A stretch of DNA of 63,246 bases, filler included, from Sphacelaria rigidula (taxonomy: Eukaryota): assembly GCA_964200075.2 (NCBI GenBank). It is 9 parts of 9 records of this genome, joined end to end, with 100 filler letters (N's around TTAATTAATTAA, not from the genome) between each part and the next. Parts side by side here need not be neighbours in the genome. Positions count along the whole stretch, not along the records: positions 1 to 6,939 come from CAXNAA020017310.1; positions 7,040 to 13,978 come from CAXNAA020017311.1; 7 more parts are not named here. The stretch is one strand, 5' to 3'. A program made the position numbers and the translations under genes. This document shows, one piece after another, positions 1 to 11,384 of this stretch. The notes beneath the pieces were generated by a model, which was not told the DNA's origin, did no database searches, and saw only the letters and a program-made list of their open reading frames with translations. Position 1 is the stretch's first letter; each line of letters starts with the position of its first letter.

Positions 1-44
1 TTTGTTCCCTTTTTTTTTTTTCTGTTCCCTTTTTTTCCCCCTCT

Positions 45-512
45 GGCTACTTCTTATGTATAAAAAAAAAAAGTTGTTGAAAAGTGCATTTTTGATCCTT
101 CTCCGTCGTTTTTCCCCCGAGAAGAGGGCTAAGCGGCTATCGACACCTTGGGATGACTTGCTCTACTCGCTGAGACGGTTCCAGAGCACCTTTGCGTTTC
201 CCGTAGGTCGCGGTTTCGTTTTTGGCCAAACTTGCCTTTTCAATAACAAACGGTAAAGTTATCTAAAAATAGAGAGAAATCTGACATTTTTTCGGTGACT
301 TGACCGTTTGTTATTGAAAATGTAAGTTTGGCCAAAAACGAAACCGTGACCTACGGGAAACGCACGTGTGCTCTGAAACCGTCTCAGCGAGTAGAGCAAG
401 TCATCCCAAGGTGCCAACAGCCGGTTAGCCCTCTTTTCGGGGGAAAAACGATGGAGAAGGGTCAAAAATGCACTTTTCAACAACTGTTATTTTTGATACA
501 TAAGAATTAGCC
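45..512. mobile_element. Fold-back palindromic MITE-like element, family A (arms about 215 bp)
   Basis: GGCTACTTCTTATGTA... at 45 is the near reverse complement of ...TACATAAGAATTAGCC ending at 512. The arms match throughout (e.g. GATGACTTGCTCTACTCGCTGAGACGGTT / AACCGTCTCAGCGAGTAGAGCAAGTCATC) around a roughly 35-bp spacer. Confidence 0.85.
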
Positions 513-1576
513 TTACAGCGTGTTTCAGTTTCGTTTTTCTTGGGTACGTCTATCATGAGACCACGGCTGGACCCCTTGGGGGTCAGTTAAAGTGCGACAC
601 TCAAATCATCAAAAAATCATCACGCTACTGCTGTGCAGCCATTAGATATGCAACCAACAGTCGAGAGCAACGAATATGCCTCCAGACTTACGAAGTCTCC
701 ATCCTGCTTCTCTATTCTGCTGCAAGACAGCTGCAAAATAGCCTACAATAACAACAGAAACATACGCGTCACGGAGCCCATCGGCACTCGAAAAGATATA
801 AAAGCATGCGTTTGGCCGTAAACTCCTCAAAGCCTCGACTGACTGTGGTATAGACTTTCAAGAGAGCAAGATACTGCTGGTGCCGCGACGACCACCACCA
901 CGCCCGTCTTTAGGCTCCCTCGCGAGGGGTGAGTGTTCAGCGCAACTTGGCGGACTGGTGCCAAAAGGATGAAGCAGAGGCAACGATACGGCACGCGAAA
1001 CCTGCAGGCCAAGATGCACCGACAGCACCTGGGACCGACAGAACCAACAGCAACTCATCATAACCTACGCCAGATACGTAGAGCATTGTGTTTCGTTCCC
1101 ATCTCCGACTTATTCATCTGTTGTTGTGCTCGGTCTTGGAAGGGGTGCGTGGTCAATGGTCACACGACGAAGGCAAGCAACAAATGAGAAACGAGCCTGG
1201 CTCTGTCTTCGTGTCTCTTGTGGTCCTTTCTGTACGCTTTGTTCTTCGATTTTTTCCTTTCCTTCGTTCATTGTTCTCCTCTTTTTTCTGATCACGAGCT
1301 GGAGTGTTGCAATCAGCTACGTGATGCGAGATAATCATCTTGCTGTGTTGTTTGTGTTCGTGTGTGTGTTTGTTCGTTGTTGTTATTGCTGTTGCTGTTT
1401 GTTCTTGCCCTTGTTGGCGGTGGTGTTGTTTTTGTTGTTATCGTTGCTTCCTTTCTCCTTTCCTTTCTGAGGCCGTTGCTTCTGTTTTTTTGTGTTCCTT
1501 TCCTTTTTTTCTTTCATTATTATGCTTTTTTGCTGCTCCTGAGACCCACTTTTATCGCAACGAATCTCGATCTTTC

Positions 1577-3764
1577 TGGGGGTCTACACGTTAAACGTGC
1601 CACAGCGTTACACGTTACGTTCACTTTACGTTTTGGCCGAAACGTGACATGAACGCTAATTTCTTTTCACGTGGTGAACGTAACGTGAACGTAACGTTAA
1701 AATTTCAAATGAAATGTTAACGTAACGTTAACTTTTCTTCACGTGTCATCACGTAACGTGAACGTTTAAATGCCCAAACGTTCAAATCACGTGATATGAA
1801 ACGTTTCATGTGACGTGTGACGTCTATTACACGTTACACGTGCATTAGACGTTACATATTACACGTAACGTAATATGTTACGTTACACGTTACATGAAAC
1901 GTCATGAATACTTCACATGTAGTGGTGAAACTTCAAGTTTGCAATGAATTTTAAAATCCTTGAAGATGGTGCTTCAATAAACACGAGTGAGTTTGGATGA
2001 CCATGGTATAGGTATGGTACTATTGCAGAATTTTCGCGCTCTCCCCACCACACGTCACAATCATAATATCATATTCATCTCGACCACATTCAAGGCTATT
2101 TCTTAATTAAAAAAAAAACACCTTGTCAGAAAAGCCGTTTCTCAGCAGCACGATTTTGCACCTAATTTTTCCAAGTAGCCCTTCTTCCGTAACCGACGCG
2201 CTGTCAAAATTGGAAATGCAGGCATAATTTCAAATTCTGGGGCGCGAGATAGACGCAGCACTTCACTGTCGTGTCGTGGTGTACGGTTCGTACTGACTAT
2301 ACTACTGTGATACATTGCCTGCGCAATACATGGTGGGCTGCGTGACGCAAGACGATCAATACGAACACCGCCTTGCTGTACTAACAACTGACTGTAGAAG
2401 GGACGGTTGTGCTTTCCACTGCACGGTAGTACTTGACTGAAAGAAAAGCACGGACAAGAGTACACACAATAGAACTGTATTGTATGCATTGGCTGTAAAC
2501 GTTTTCGTGAGATTGAGCGTAGAGCGCTGATTGTGGGAGTGGCTTTGTTCATTCGCTTCAACTTAGCCAGTTATTCACTTCGTGTGCGCATTTTCTCCCC
2601 TCCATCACTGGCGTGTGCTACAAGCTACACGTCGATATCCTACTCAAGGATATCAAGGGCCTCAGTGGCAAGCTACTACAGAAAGCATATTGGGCCTCGT
2701 GGAGGGGCATTTCGGAACTTAAACGAGTAATTCACTAATTGACCGCTTTTCACTCTCAATCGTATCCGCTACTCTCAATCTCACGAACACCTTGTTTGTA
2801 GGGATGGCTTGGCTGCCATCATCACTGCTGTCGATGGTGCTCGCGGGCAGTCAGCGTGTTGATTAATTATCCTTCGCTCACCAGTAGCGTGATGGCCCTT
2901 ACCCCTTACCCCCATGAGAACGAAACAGGGCAGGGTCCATGACGAGTGCTGTCAGACACTCTGTATGTAGGTTGCACAGTATTGTAGCTCTGTTCAGGTC
3001 CATGCATGCAGCGTGTTGCGAACATCACTCGAATACAGTACAGACTGCCCAACCACCCAAGCCCTGTAGACACTACTGCAGTAGCACTGCTGCTTATACG
3101 GTGGTTTTGTGTGTACGGTCAGTGCGGTCCTGTCTATACAAGTCTTAGGTGCGTGGGCAGTCAGTACTGCATCGCGAGTGCTGTTCGCATCACGCTGCAT
3201 ATTTAGACCTGAAATGCGAGCTACAATAATGTCTGTGCAAACTACACTCAGAGTGTACAGCACTCGTCATGGACCCTGCCCTGTGCTGTTCTCATGGGGG
3301 TAAGGGCCATCACGCTACTGGCGAGCGAAGGACAATGAAGCAACATGCTGAATACCCGCGAGCACCAGCGACAGCAGTCGTGATGGCAGCCAAGCCACCC
3401 ATGGCTGCTGTCGTGGGCTGGAGGGTGTGTTGGCGTGCGGCGGGATTTCAAACGCGTTTTCTGATCACATAGGAAGTGATTTATTAGAAAACGCGTTTTT
3501 TTATAGAGTTTGTTTTACATGAGAACTAGCCGACGGGTCACCGTCAGCGTCACGTACACGATAGATCACGCGTTAAACGGCACGTTACAAAGCCTCAAAC
3601 ACTGGTGAATGAGCCGCGACATGCACAGTATGAAACGCTATATTCGAACGTTACACGTGACATTAACACGTTTCATATTACGTTACATGTAACGAAACGT
3701 AACGTTAATTTGTTTTTCGTGACGAACGTAACGTGAACGTGAACGTGTAACATGTAGACCCCTG
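1577..3764. mobile_element. hAT-like non-autonomous DNA transposon with ACGT-rich subterminal arrays
   Basis: TIRs TGGGGGTCTACACGTTA (1577) and TAACATGTAGACCCCTG (3764). Flanking 8-mers GATCTTTC / GATTTTTT form a degenerate 8-bp TSD. Dense ACGTTAC/AACGTG motif arrays at 1585-1920 and 3545-3755. Confidence 0.75.
2803..3400. repeat. Imperfect palindrome of about 600 bp inside the hAT-like element
   Basis: TGGCTTGGCTGCCATC...TCCTTCGCTCACCAGTAGCGTGATGGCCCTTACCCC...GGGCAGGGTCCATGACGAGTGCTGT is mirrored by ACAGCACTCGTCATGGACCCTGCCC...GGGGTAAGGGCCATCACGCTACTGGCGAGCGAAGGA...GATGGCAGCCAAGCCA. Centre near 3095. Confidence 0.85.
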
Positions 3765-5184
3765 GATTTTTTGGGACTCCGATTTTTGAAAAATCGGGGG
3801 GACTCAAATTCATGGACTCAAATCGGGGAGACCGTTTTGTGGTACAGACAGTACAGTATCACAGATTTGTGAAACAATTCTATACACAGACATTCATTTT
3901 CTGCATGAGTGTGGTACTGCGTCCTCGTGCATGAAGCCGAATAGCAGGCAGGCGGTAAACAATCCTTCGAGTACAGTGTCGCACCTTGGTACCCTAGGAT
4001 GATACAGTGCAGGACACTACATCAGTGCAGTGCATGATAATGGCGTGTGGTAGTACATGATGGCCGGCCGGTATTGCGAGAACAGAGAACAAACAGTGCA
4101 CGAGCAGAGTTCAGTAGTGCAGTGCCGTACATCACCCCTCAAGTACAGCGACAACAGCTAGGAGAGTACAGTAGCGTTCGTTATAATGATACATATGGCA
4201 GCGCAGCGCAGCATAAAATATTAACATCCCGCAGGGTACGGCGTCGGCACTTATTATCCGCTTGTCAAGCCCCGTGCGAAGTTGCTTCAGCAGCTGGGGT
4301 GGGCAGTAGGCACGCCCTGTGCTGTCACGAGACTGACGTACAATGCCAGAGCACGAGACTGTCTTCTGCTGCCGTTGCAAAAATATCAAACGCCTCGTAC
4401 TCTGGCATTGTACGTCAATGCACGTACGTCACCACAAAAAAGTCGGGGAAGTCACGATCTCGGGATGATTTCCCCCGATTTTTCGAAAAATGGAGGGAAA
4501 CCGTTCCGAGATCATGACTGCCCGATTTTATCTCCCCCAATTTGGTACAAATCCGTCTGCATAACATGCGTTCCCGGATGTTTTTTCCCCCGATGCTCGA
4601 AAAAATCGAGATTCGTGCCTGCCATAAAAGTGGGTCTGACCATGGGCTGGATTCTTTCAATCAGCTATGAGCTGGGCCGGCAGTAAATCCCAAATTCTCT
4701 CCGCACTACAACTTCTCAAGTTTCCCAAATCAGCGCGACTTGAGTATATCGCTGTGAACTGCAGACTAATCTGGTAACACACGGCACCGCCGCTGCTTGA
4801 TTGGCGCAGTTTTGGCGATGATGTTTTTGTACTGCATTGAGTACGGGATACGTATCTTGCCATTGTGTGACGAAGTGTCTGGAGACGTTTCGTTTCACCA
4901 AATGCGGTGGAAGTACGATAGACCATTGCGCCGCATAGGCACACGCACACCCGACATGCCCAGGTAAAAGCTCACTGGTAGTGCTGCAAGATGGCATCAA
5001 GCTCGTCATCAGCTCCATAATAGGAGATAACCTCCGAGCCAACTGTCGTGTATCGCCGCACGAGGGGAAGGTACTACTTGAAACTGCGCTATACCCTCCC
5101 CCAAAAGCAAGATCGACACCAAAATATCGAGACCCTTTGCAACCTAGAGGTACGAGAGATTATGCACGATTAGTATGCACACAA

Positions 5185-5262
5185 AAGGTTTTGTCGTGTC
5201 GGGATTCGAACTCGTGACCTGTGTAATTTGAGGATGTATCAGTTTGACCACCGGGGTTACAC
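5185..5262 (-). repeat. Degenerate tRNA-like sequence (SINE head or tRNA pseudogene)
   Basis: Minus strand reads ...CCCCGGTGGTCAAACTG...GGTCACGAGTTCGAATCCCGAC, with a B-box GTTCGAATC and a weak A-box. No intact cloverleaf is visible. Confidence 0.4.
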
Positions 5263-5517
5263 AACAAGTGCGACGCGAAGCCCAATTTGACGTATTTTTG
5301 GCTGAAACTTTACAAGGATGTGACTGATGGAAGTGCCCGTATGTGCCCTAGCGTTGTCATCGTTTTTATCAATGTTTGAGGAAGTTTTAGCAATTTTCCT
5401 GTTTTTTCTGGGACTTCAACTCGCTTTAAATTCCTGTGTTTTTTTTTTCCTACTCCACTAGCACGGTTGCGCGGATTGATAAAAATGAAGTGTCACAATT
5501 TAAGCGCCCAGGGCCAA

Positions 5518-5974
5518 CTCTAATGGGAGCCGTTCAAAATTCTAGTCGAAAACTGCATTTTGGGGCCTTCTCCGTCGTTTACGCTCGAAAAGAGGGCTAG
5601 GCTGGTGTTGACGCCTTGGAATGACTTGTTCTTCTCGTTGCGACGGTTCTGGGGCAACTCTGCATTTCCCGCTGACTGCACTCTTGTTTTCGACCAAATC
5701 AGGTCAACCACAATTTTTCAGTAAAAAACAGCCAGGTGATCAAATTTCCCCCGGTATTTTGATCGCTTGACTGCTTTTCATTGCAAATCCGTGTACGGCC
5801 AAAAATGATGGTGCGGCCAGCGGGAAATGTAAAGTTGGCCTGGAACGGTCTCAATGAGTAGAGCAAGTCATTCGAAGGTATCAACATCCCCCTGGCCCTC
5901 TTGTGAGACAAAAAACGACGGAAAAGGGCCAAAAAGGCAGTTTTGAACAGAATTTTAAACGTCTCTCACTAGAG
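5518..5974. mobile_element. Fold-back element, diverged relative of family A, nested in the mariner-type element
   Basis: CTCTAATGGGAGCCGTTCAAAATTCT ... AGAATTTTAAACGTCTCTCACTAGAG form inverted ends. The internal core (GAATGACTTG...GACGGTTC) is homologous to 45-512. Confidence 0.75.
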
Positions 5975-6906
5975 TCGGTCTGACTCTTCGCATTGCCAAT
6001 CGCATCTCCACTCTTCTTCCAAAAATCACTGATGGCCGGCCCAGCTCGTAATGTGAGATAATCAATCAATCAATCGATCAATCGATCATGTCTCGATCTG
6101 TTCTTGTGGGCACCGTGAGCTCTGTCATTGACTGTACCGTACCGCACGGTAGTGTGCCGCTGCAATGAATTATGTCTTGTCGAGATGACACCACCTGGCC
6201 TCGTATAGAGCTCTGACTTATTACCCAGCAGTGTTGAATATCAAACGAAAAAAAAGCTCGATACTCGATACGGTACGATACGATACAATACGATACGGCT
6301 GTTTTGGTAGGGACGCAGCTTGCAAGACCTCAAGGTACTACACTGACACACTAGCAACCTAACCCGGAGTGGGTGCATGCCTGATTGCATGAAGGTACAG
6401 CAGCACAAGCGTGTGATTTATTATCTGATATCATCAAAGTGGCGGCACAATATGCGGCGTGGAGTCTAATTTACACTAGGGAGGATGAGAAACCCTGAAC
6501 CTAACCGTAACAAAGGCACACCGAGAACCCTTGGCCAAGGGGGTGTGAAGTGTTCCCTAGGTAAAGTGTGCGTTGCCAGACCTCCAATAATTGGCGCCCC
6601 AGGAGTCCATTTCGACAAGAACGCCTCCTGCGTACGCTAGAAGCACGCTGGGAGCACAGCCGCAATAAAGATCCGGATTTCGCTGTCCACACTGAAATCA
6701 AGTCGAACTAAAAATCAAGCATAGCACCCTCCCGAGTGGTAAACTATTCTGGCGGCGTGATGCTTCGGTTTGACAAAAGTGGTTCTTCATCGTGCAAGAG
6801 GCAAGTCGTTAAAGAGGTAGTTGATCACAACGCCAGGCGTGATGCGTGATATATAGCGTGTTGTTCAAGCCCGCGATATACCGAAGTACATTCCGCGGCC
6901 ACTATA

Positions 6907-6939
6907 CGAGCTGGGCCAGCCCAGAAACGGATTTAACCT
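6907..6939. mobile_element. Terminus of a young TA-flanked TIR element at a scaffold end; exact inverted copy at 28192-28224
   Basis: TACGAGCTGGGCCAGCCCAGAAACGGATTTAACCT is the perfect reverse complement of AGGTTAAATCCGTTTCTGGGCTGGCCCAGCTCGTA near the start of scaffold 5. Confidence 0.7.
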
Positions 6940-7039
6940 NNNNNNNNNNNNNNNNNNNNNNNNNNNNNNNNNNNNNNNNNNNNTTAATTAATTAANNNNN
7001 NNNNNNNNNNNNNNNNNNNNNNNNNNNNNNNNNNNNNNN
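6940..7039. other. Artificial scaffold-join spacer, N44-TTAATTAATTAA-N44. Identical spacers at 13979-14078, 21018-21117, 28057-28156, 35095-35194, 42133-42232, 49171-49270 and 56209-56308
   Basis: Each spacer is exactly 100 bp with a central six-frame stop linker. The intervening pieces are 6939, 6939, 6939, 6939, 6938, 6938, 6938, 6938 and 6938 bp, consistent with a length-sorted concatenation. Confidence 0.98.
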
Positions 7040-7134
7040 CCGCGTCGAGCACATTTTCGGACACGCAACCCCCCCCCCCCCCCCCCCCCTGTCTTATGAC
7101 TATGGCAAGCATGATCATGAGTACACCCCACCCC

Positions 7135-8052
7135 CCCCTCCCTCCCGGAGGGCATTTTCCGAAAATTGTCATGATTTTTTCCATTTTTTTTCCACTTATT
7201 TTGTTGCAAGAATTCGGTCAGTGAACACTGACATGAACCGAAACGTGTGATGGGCTTTGCGGGGCTCGTATATGTTTGCTTCTTCTGCTCCTTGCCGGCT
7301 TTTTCCCGATTACCTCAGATGCAGCCCACGCTCACCCACATGTATGTACACGAGCGCATGGTAGCGACAGGTTGTAGAAGACCGATAAATAAGATCTCAA
7401 AACTCTAACAGTACAGCTCTCTGTAACATATCTTTCCGTATGGTTCTGATATTGGGTCTTGCAGTCGAAGAGGTGAATAGTACAGTTGTGGTTGCAAGCA
7501 ATTCGCGCGCCATGCAGTCGCGAATAAGAGAGGGGGTGGTATTTAGAGTTTGTGTATGTATGCGTAGGTGCTTGGCTCTTCTCGAGTATTTTTGAAGACA
7601 TATTACACAGCTTCTGACTTTGAGATCAGTGTTCAGCCTTGGATCAGCGTTCGAGGTTTGCAAATTTAATGTCATTCACCCTCTGTGCCTTTTCCCTTCT
7701 TCATGGACTTCGAGTACCTCCTCTTGGGGGTCGTGCACCGCGATTTCGCCGAACACATGGTTACACGTCCGGCACACGCAGCCTTGATCCTCAGACCAAT
7801 CCGCGAGACGGCCAATTGGCGGGGCAGCTCCTGCTCTGGAAGATCCATCGGACCCTCCACTAGTAGTAGAGGAACCTGCTGAAGATGAGCCTGAGATGGG
7901 CGCCGTGTTCGTCATCTCAGCAACCTCCATGCCTAGGATCTCTGTACACTGCAGCTGACCGCATCTGCCAACGCCTCGGCAATACTAGGGGACAGCAGGC
8001 TGCCTGCCGCCCCCCCCCCCCCCCTTACCCCTGCCCCCCGCTCAAAAACTCA
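7135..8052 (+). repeat. Dispersed repeat, copy 1 (copy 2 at about 9805-10320)
   Basis: Two colinear blocks are shared: CCTCCCGGAGGG...ACATGTATGTACACGAGCG...GGTAGCGACAG and GCAGCTGACCGCATC...polyC-CTCAAAAACTC. The middle segments differ in length. Confidence 0.75.
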
Positions 8053-9804
8053 TTTTTTTTATTTTGGCGGTCCCGTGTCAAGAAATATTTCTTACGCAGT
8101 CCCCTGCCCCTCTCCCCATTTTCTGCTCCCCCCTTTTTTCCCTCTCCCAAGTTGTTTTTCGACCCAAAATATATTTCGGCGCCCCATGTTGAAAATTCGA
8201 CCCTGTCGCAAAATTCTTTCGGGTATCTCATGTTTTGCATATATTACTGGGCAATATTCTTGACACGTGTTTTTTAGTCTCGTACCAGTGCAAAATGCCA
8301 TATGATCAACGAAGAGAAATGCCGCGCGGTGAAATTCGCCATGACCTTCGCATACTGTACAAACGGTTCCCTCACACAATGTGAATGACTTCAAGAAACT
8401 AGAACAAATAGATGGCGACAGATCGCCTGAACTAGATTACTGAGCACATCGATACCTGGAGAGCCAACTCCGCGACCCTCGCCGCCGGTACCTCGAAAAC
8501 AAATAGCACCGACGCGCTTCCTTTGGCCTCCTAAATGTTCGTTCTACTCTTGTGCCTCTTCCTCTTCCTCCCCCTCCTTCTCATTCCGCAGCTTCACAAG
8601 ATGTCTTCCCCTTCTCGGTTAGACAGTATTTTTCTCCTGCCGTTTATCCATGCAAGCGAGAAATGATGAAAACACGCACTCCACAAATAGCGGGTTTGTC
8701 ATTATGCTGGAACACTCTCTGTGTGTAATGTGCATATTACTGTAGCGTGTGCGTGCCCACAGCGGTTGCGATGAAGAGCTAGCTACCTAGTATTGCAGTG
8801 AGAGAACACTTGGGGAGCCCTGATTTGACTTTACTTGTGAACGGGGCGGGTCCCCAAGTGATCCTTTTCCCCCACCGTATTACTAGCCTGGCTTAACTCA
8901 TGACGTGAAACGTGAAACGTGTGACTGTAGAAAGGAGAGGGTCTGTTTGCCTGCAGGTTTTCTACCCGGGAAAGTTCGCGAAGCTGCGCTGACTTATTGG
9001 AAATATGCGCCAGGCAATCCCAGTCATGCTCTATCCTCTCTAAAATCTGCTGTATTTTTCGAAAATTCATCGGGTCATAGGCGGTATCCAAAGTGAGCAG
9101 ATGGTGATTGCGCCGCGTCCAATTGGTCTGTAAGGTGGAGAACATCTTCTCCCGCACCCATACATACAACAATCCAAAGCACCCGCCAGTAGGAAAGACG
9201 TTACAAACATGTGTTGACCGTCATCGCTGGGGCGGCGCATGAAGCATACTTACAGGATCGTCGCGCAAGGTACCACGCACACACATTTCGCCGATTCCTT
9301 GTGCCGTCAGCGACACCGTATGCTGTCGGAATCGAAGGAGAGATACCGCGGAAGTGACGCCGGGGTGTGCTTCGAAGCATACTTAGTCACTGTTCGGTGT
9401 GGCGCAGGTGGGAGTTTGGTGGGAATATATGAAAGAGAGGGATGAAAAGGTTCGACCGGAGTTCCTGCCACGTTCAGCACATTCATCTAACCCTCGACAT
9501 GGAGAAGCTGTTCCGTTTTGATCACCTGCATTCTTCCCCCCGCTAGGAAAAAGTCAACGTAAGACCTCAAAATATTCGGTTATCGGGTTCCAAATATGTA
9601 CGGCGCGCAGTAACCGGCAGTCGCTACGTGTAAGTGGAGGATTGCAGCCATGCTAGAAAACAATGGTCCACATACATGAAAAACTGATCAACCAACTTAT
9701 CATCCTCAGTGCAAAACTCCGTTCTTAATTTTGATAATGGGTTCTTATCCATCGTACCAGGGGTCTGCGCAAAAAGTGTTGTCAGGCACGGAGGCCTCTC
9801 CCCC

Positions 9805-10320
9805 CTTCCTCCCGGAGGGTATTTTATCGCAAACTGTCGTGATCTTTTCATCTGTCATCCTCAATATTGTTGCAAGAAATTGTTCAATAAGCACTGACAA
9901 GACACGAAAGGTTTGATCGGCTTCGCGGGGTTTGTATGCTTGCTGCTTCTCCTTGCCCGCTCTGTCCCCATAGCCTCAGACGCCGGCCACGCTCAGTTAC
10001 ATGTATGTACACGAGCGAACGGTAGCGACAGCCTGTAGCCAAAGGAGCAACTTTTTCTCGCGTCTCGCCAAACTTACTGGTAGGTACTCGAGGCACACGA
10101 CAAGGAACATGATTCCGTTATCGTGGTCGTAGTAAGTTATGAGCTCAGGAGGGGCGGCTTGTGAGCCATCTCATCGGTCTCCATGCTAAAGATAGCTGTA
10201 CACGGCAGCTGACCGCATCCGCCTACGCGTCGGCAATAAACTAGAGGACAGAAGGCTGGATGTCCCCCCTCCCTCTCCCTTCCGCCCCCCCTCCCCCCCC
10301 CTCAAAAACTCGAACTTTCG
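9805..10320 (+). repeat. Dispersed repeat, copy 2 (shorter derivative of 7135-8052)
   Basis: Same two conserved blocks, in the same order and orientation as 7135-8052. Confidence 0.75.
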
Positions 10321-10544
10321 ATCTTGGGGCCTACGTGTCCCGAATTTGTTTTCCCGCAGACCCCTGATCACCCCAAATATACCTGGTGGTTCGCTCGATG
10401 TGCAAAGTGCTATGGACGTCGCCTTGCACTAGAGTCGACGCGCATGACATGGGGATATTGCAGAGTGTTCCCGAAAGTTAACTGCAAGACTATACCTTGC
10501 TCCTGGTTATTGTGTCATGAGTCGTTGGATCAGTAGAAATATTC

Positions 10545-10714
10545 CACACCTTGGACAATATATGGTCAATAGTTGCAATGGACAAGAAACGTACTGCATA
10601 AAGTATGGGTCTATTGCGGCTATTGTCGGCCGGCAATAGTTACAATAGGCCTATACTTTATGCAGTACACTTCTCGTCTATTGAATCTATTGACCATATA
10701 CTGTCCAGGGTATG
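10545..10714. mobile_element. 170-bp palindromic MITE with CACACC-type termini and an 8-bp TSD
   Basis: CACACCTTGGACAATATATGGTCAATAG ... CTATTGACCATATACTGTCCAGGGTATG; the whole element is a hairpin. Flanks AAATATTC / AAATAATC. A right-half copy lies at 56309-56386. Confidence 0.85.
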
Positions 10715-11384
10715 AAATAATCACATTCAGCTAGAACCGGCGTCGCCGAACTACCCGCCGCAGACGTCTCCACTATACCACTTCCCCATCAACCCAATGC
10801 ACGGGTCATAACTTCTGCCTGTAAAAGACAACTGCCAGAGTCACATATACACCTTCGCAACTCATCTGCAGGAAGCGGATCTTCAATTTTTTCTGCAGAT
10901 TCAACCAAAACGCCAATTCATCATGGTCTTCGCCCGTTTCCGATATCAAATCCTCGCCCTCCGAGCCGCTGCGATTGGTATCTGGATATCCACTTTGGAA
11001 ACAAGTTGAATACTCTGTGGGACCATCTCGACCGCCGTCGCATTGATTGAGACCTGATTCCCCTCCCGCCACTCTCCCGCCGTCTCGCCGAAACGACTCC
11101 CCGCCACGACCACCATCAACAGCTGCCCCCGGGATCTCCCTCGCTCTTTTCGCCCCCGATGCTTATGAGTCGTCTGCGGGATCGGAAAGATGGGCACCGA
11201 ATAAGAGGCGCTATCCTCAAAATCCTCAGACCGGGTGAACCGAAGGTTGCAGGTTGTAACGGTCCGTCCGTCCTGAGATTCCGCTTCACTGTGATCCTCC
11301 ATTTTGCATCTGTCGTGAAACTGCAAATGTTTCAAGAGCGGATCGAGTAAACTATACTCCATGCTCAGTAATTTTGAAAAGTCA

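Larger units (their letters stand above)
1541..4638. mobile_element. Non-autonomous TIR element (outer element of a nest)
   Basis: GAGACCCACTTTTATCGCAACGAATCTCGAT at 1541 is inverted relative to ATCGAGATTCGTGCCTGCCATAAAAGTGGGTCTG ending at 4638. Subterminal CCGATTTT/AAAATCGG motif clusters lie at 3765-3835 and 4440-4615. No clear TSD. Confidence 0.65.
4668..6048. mobile_element. Tc1/mariner-type non-autonomous element with TA TSD
   Basis: TA|TGAGCTGGGCCGGC ... GCCGGCCCAGCTCG|TA: 14-bp TIR with one mismatch, and TA on both sides. The same terminus occurs at 6907-6939 and, inverted, at 28192-28224. Confidence 0.65.

Noticed and set aside
2..483. Conserved small protein family (WDDLLYSLRRFQ...) in several ORFs
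   Set aside because: The peptide similarity follows from the palindromic DNA repeat. Differences between copies include many non-synonymous changes, with no clear synonymous excess by eye.
2110..2561. hAT transposase remnant inside the ACGT-array element
   Set aside because: Only a vague EKRLF similarity to the dimerisation motif, with no other hAT motifs, so it is not supportable.
6984..6995. Recurrent TTAATTAATTAA motif as a biological site
   Set aside because: It is always centred in an exact 100-bp N spacer, so it is an artificial linker.
10835..10900. YTFATHLQEADL resembling a tyrosine recombinase motif
   Set aside because: The HxxR context and downstream Tyr region are missing and the frame is short. 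It is likely chance.
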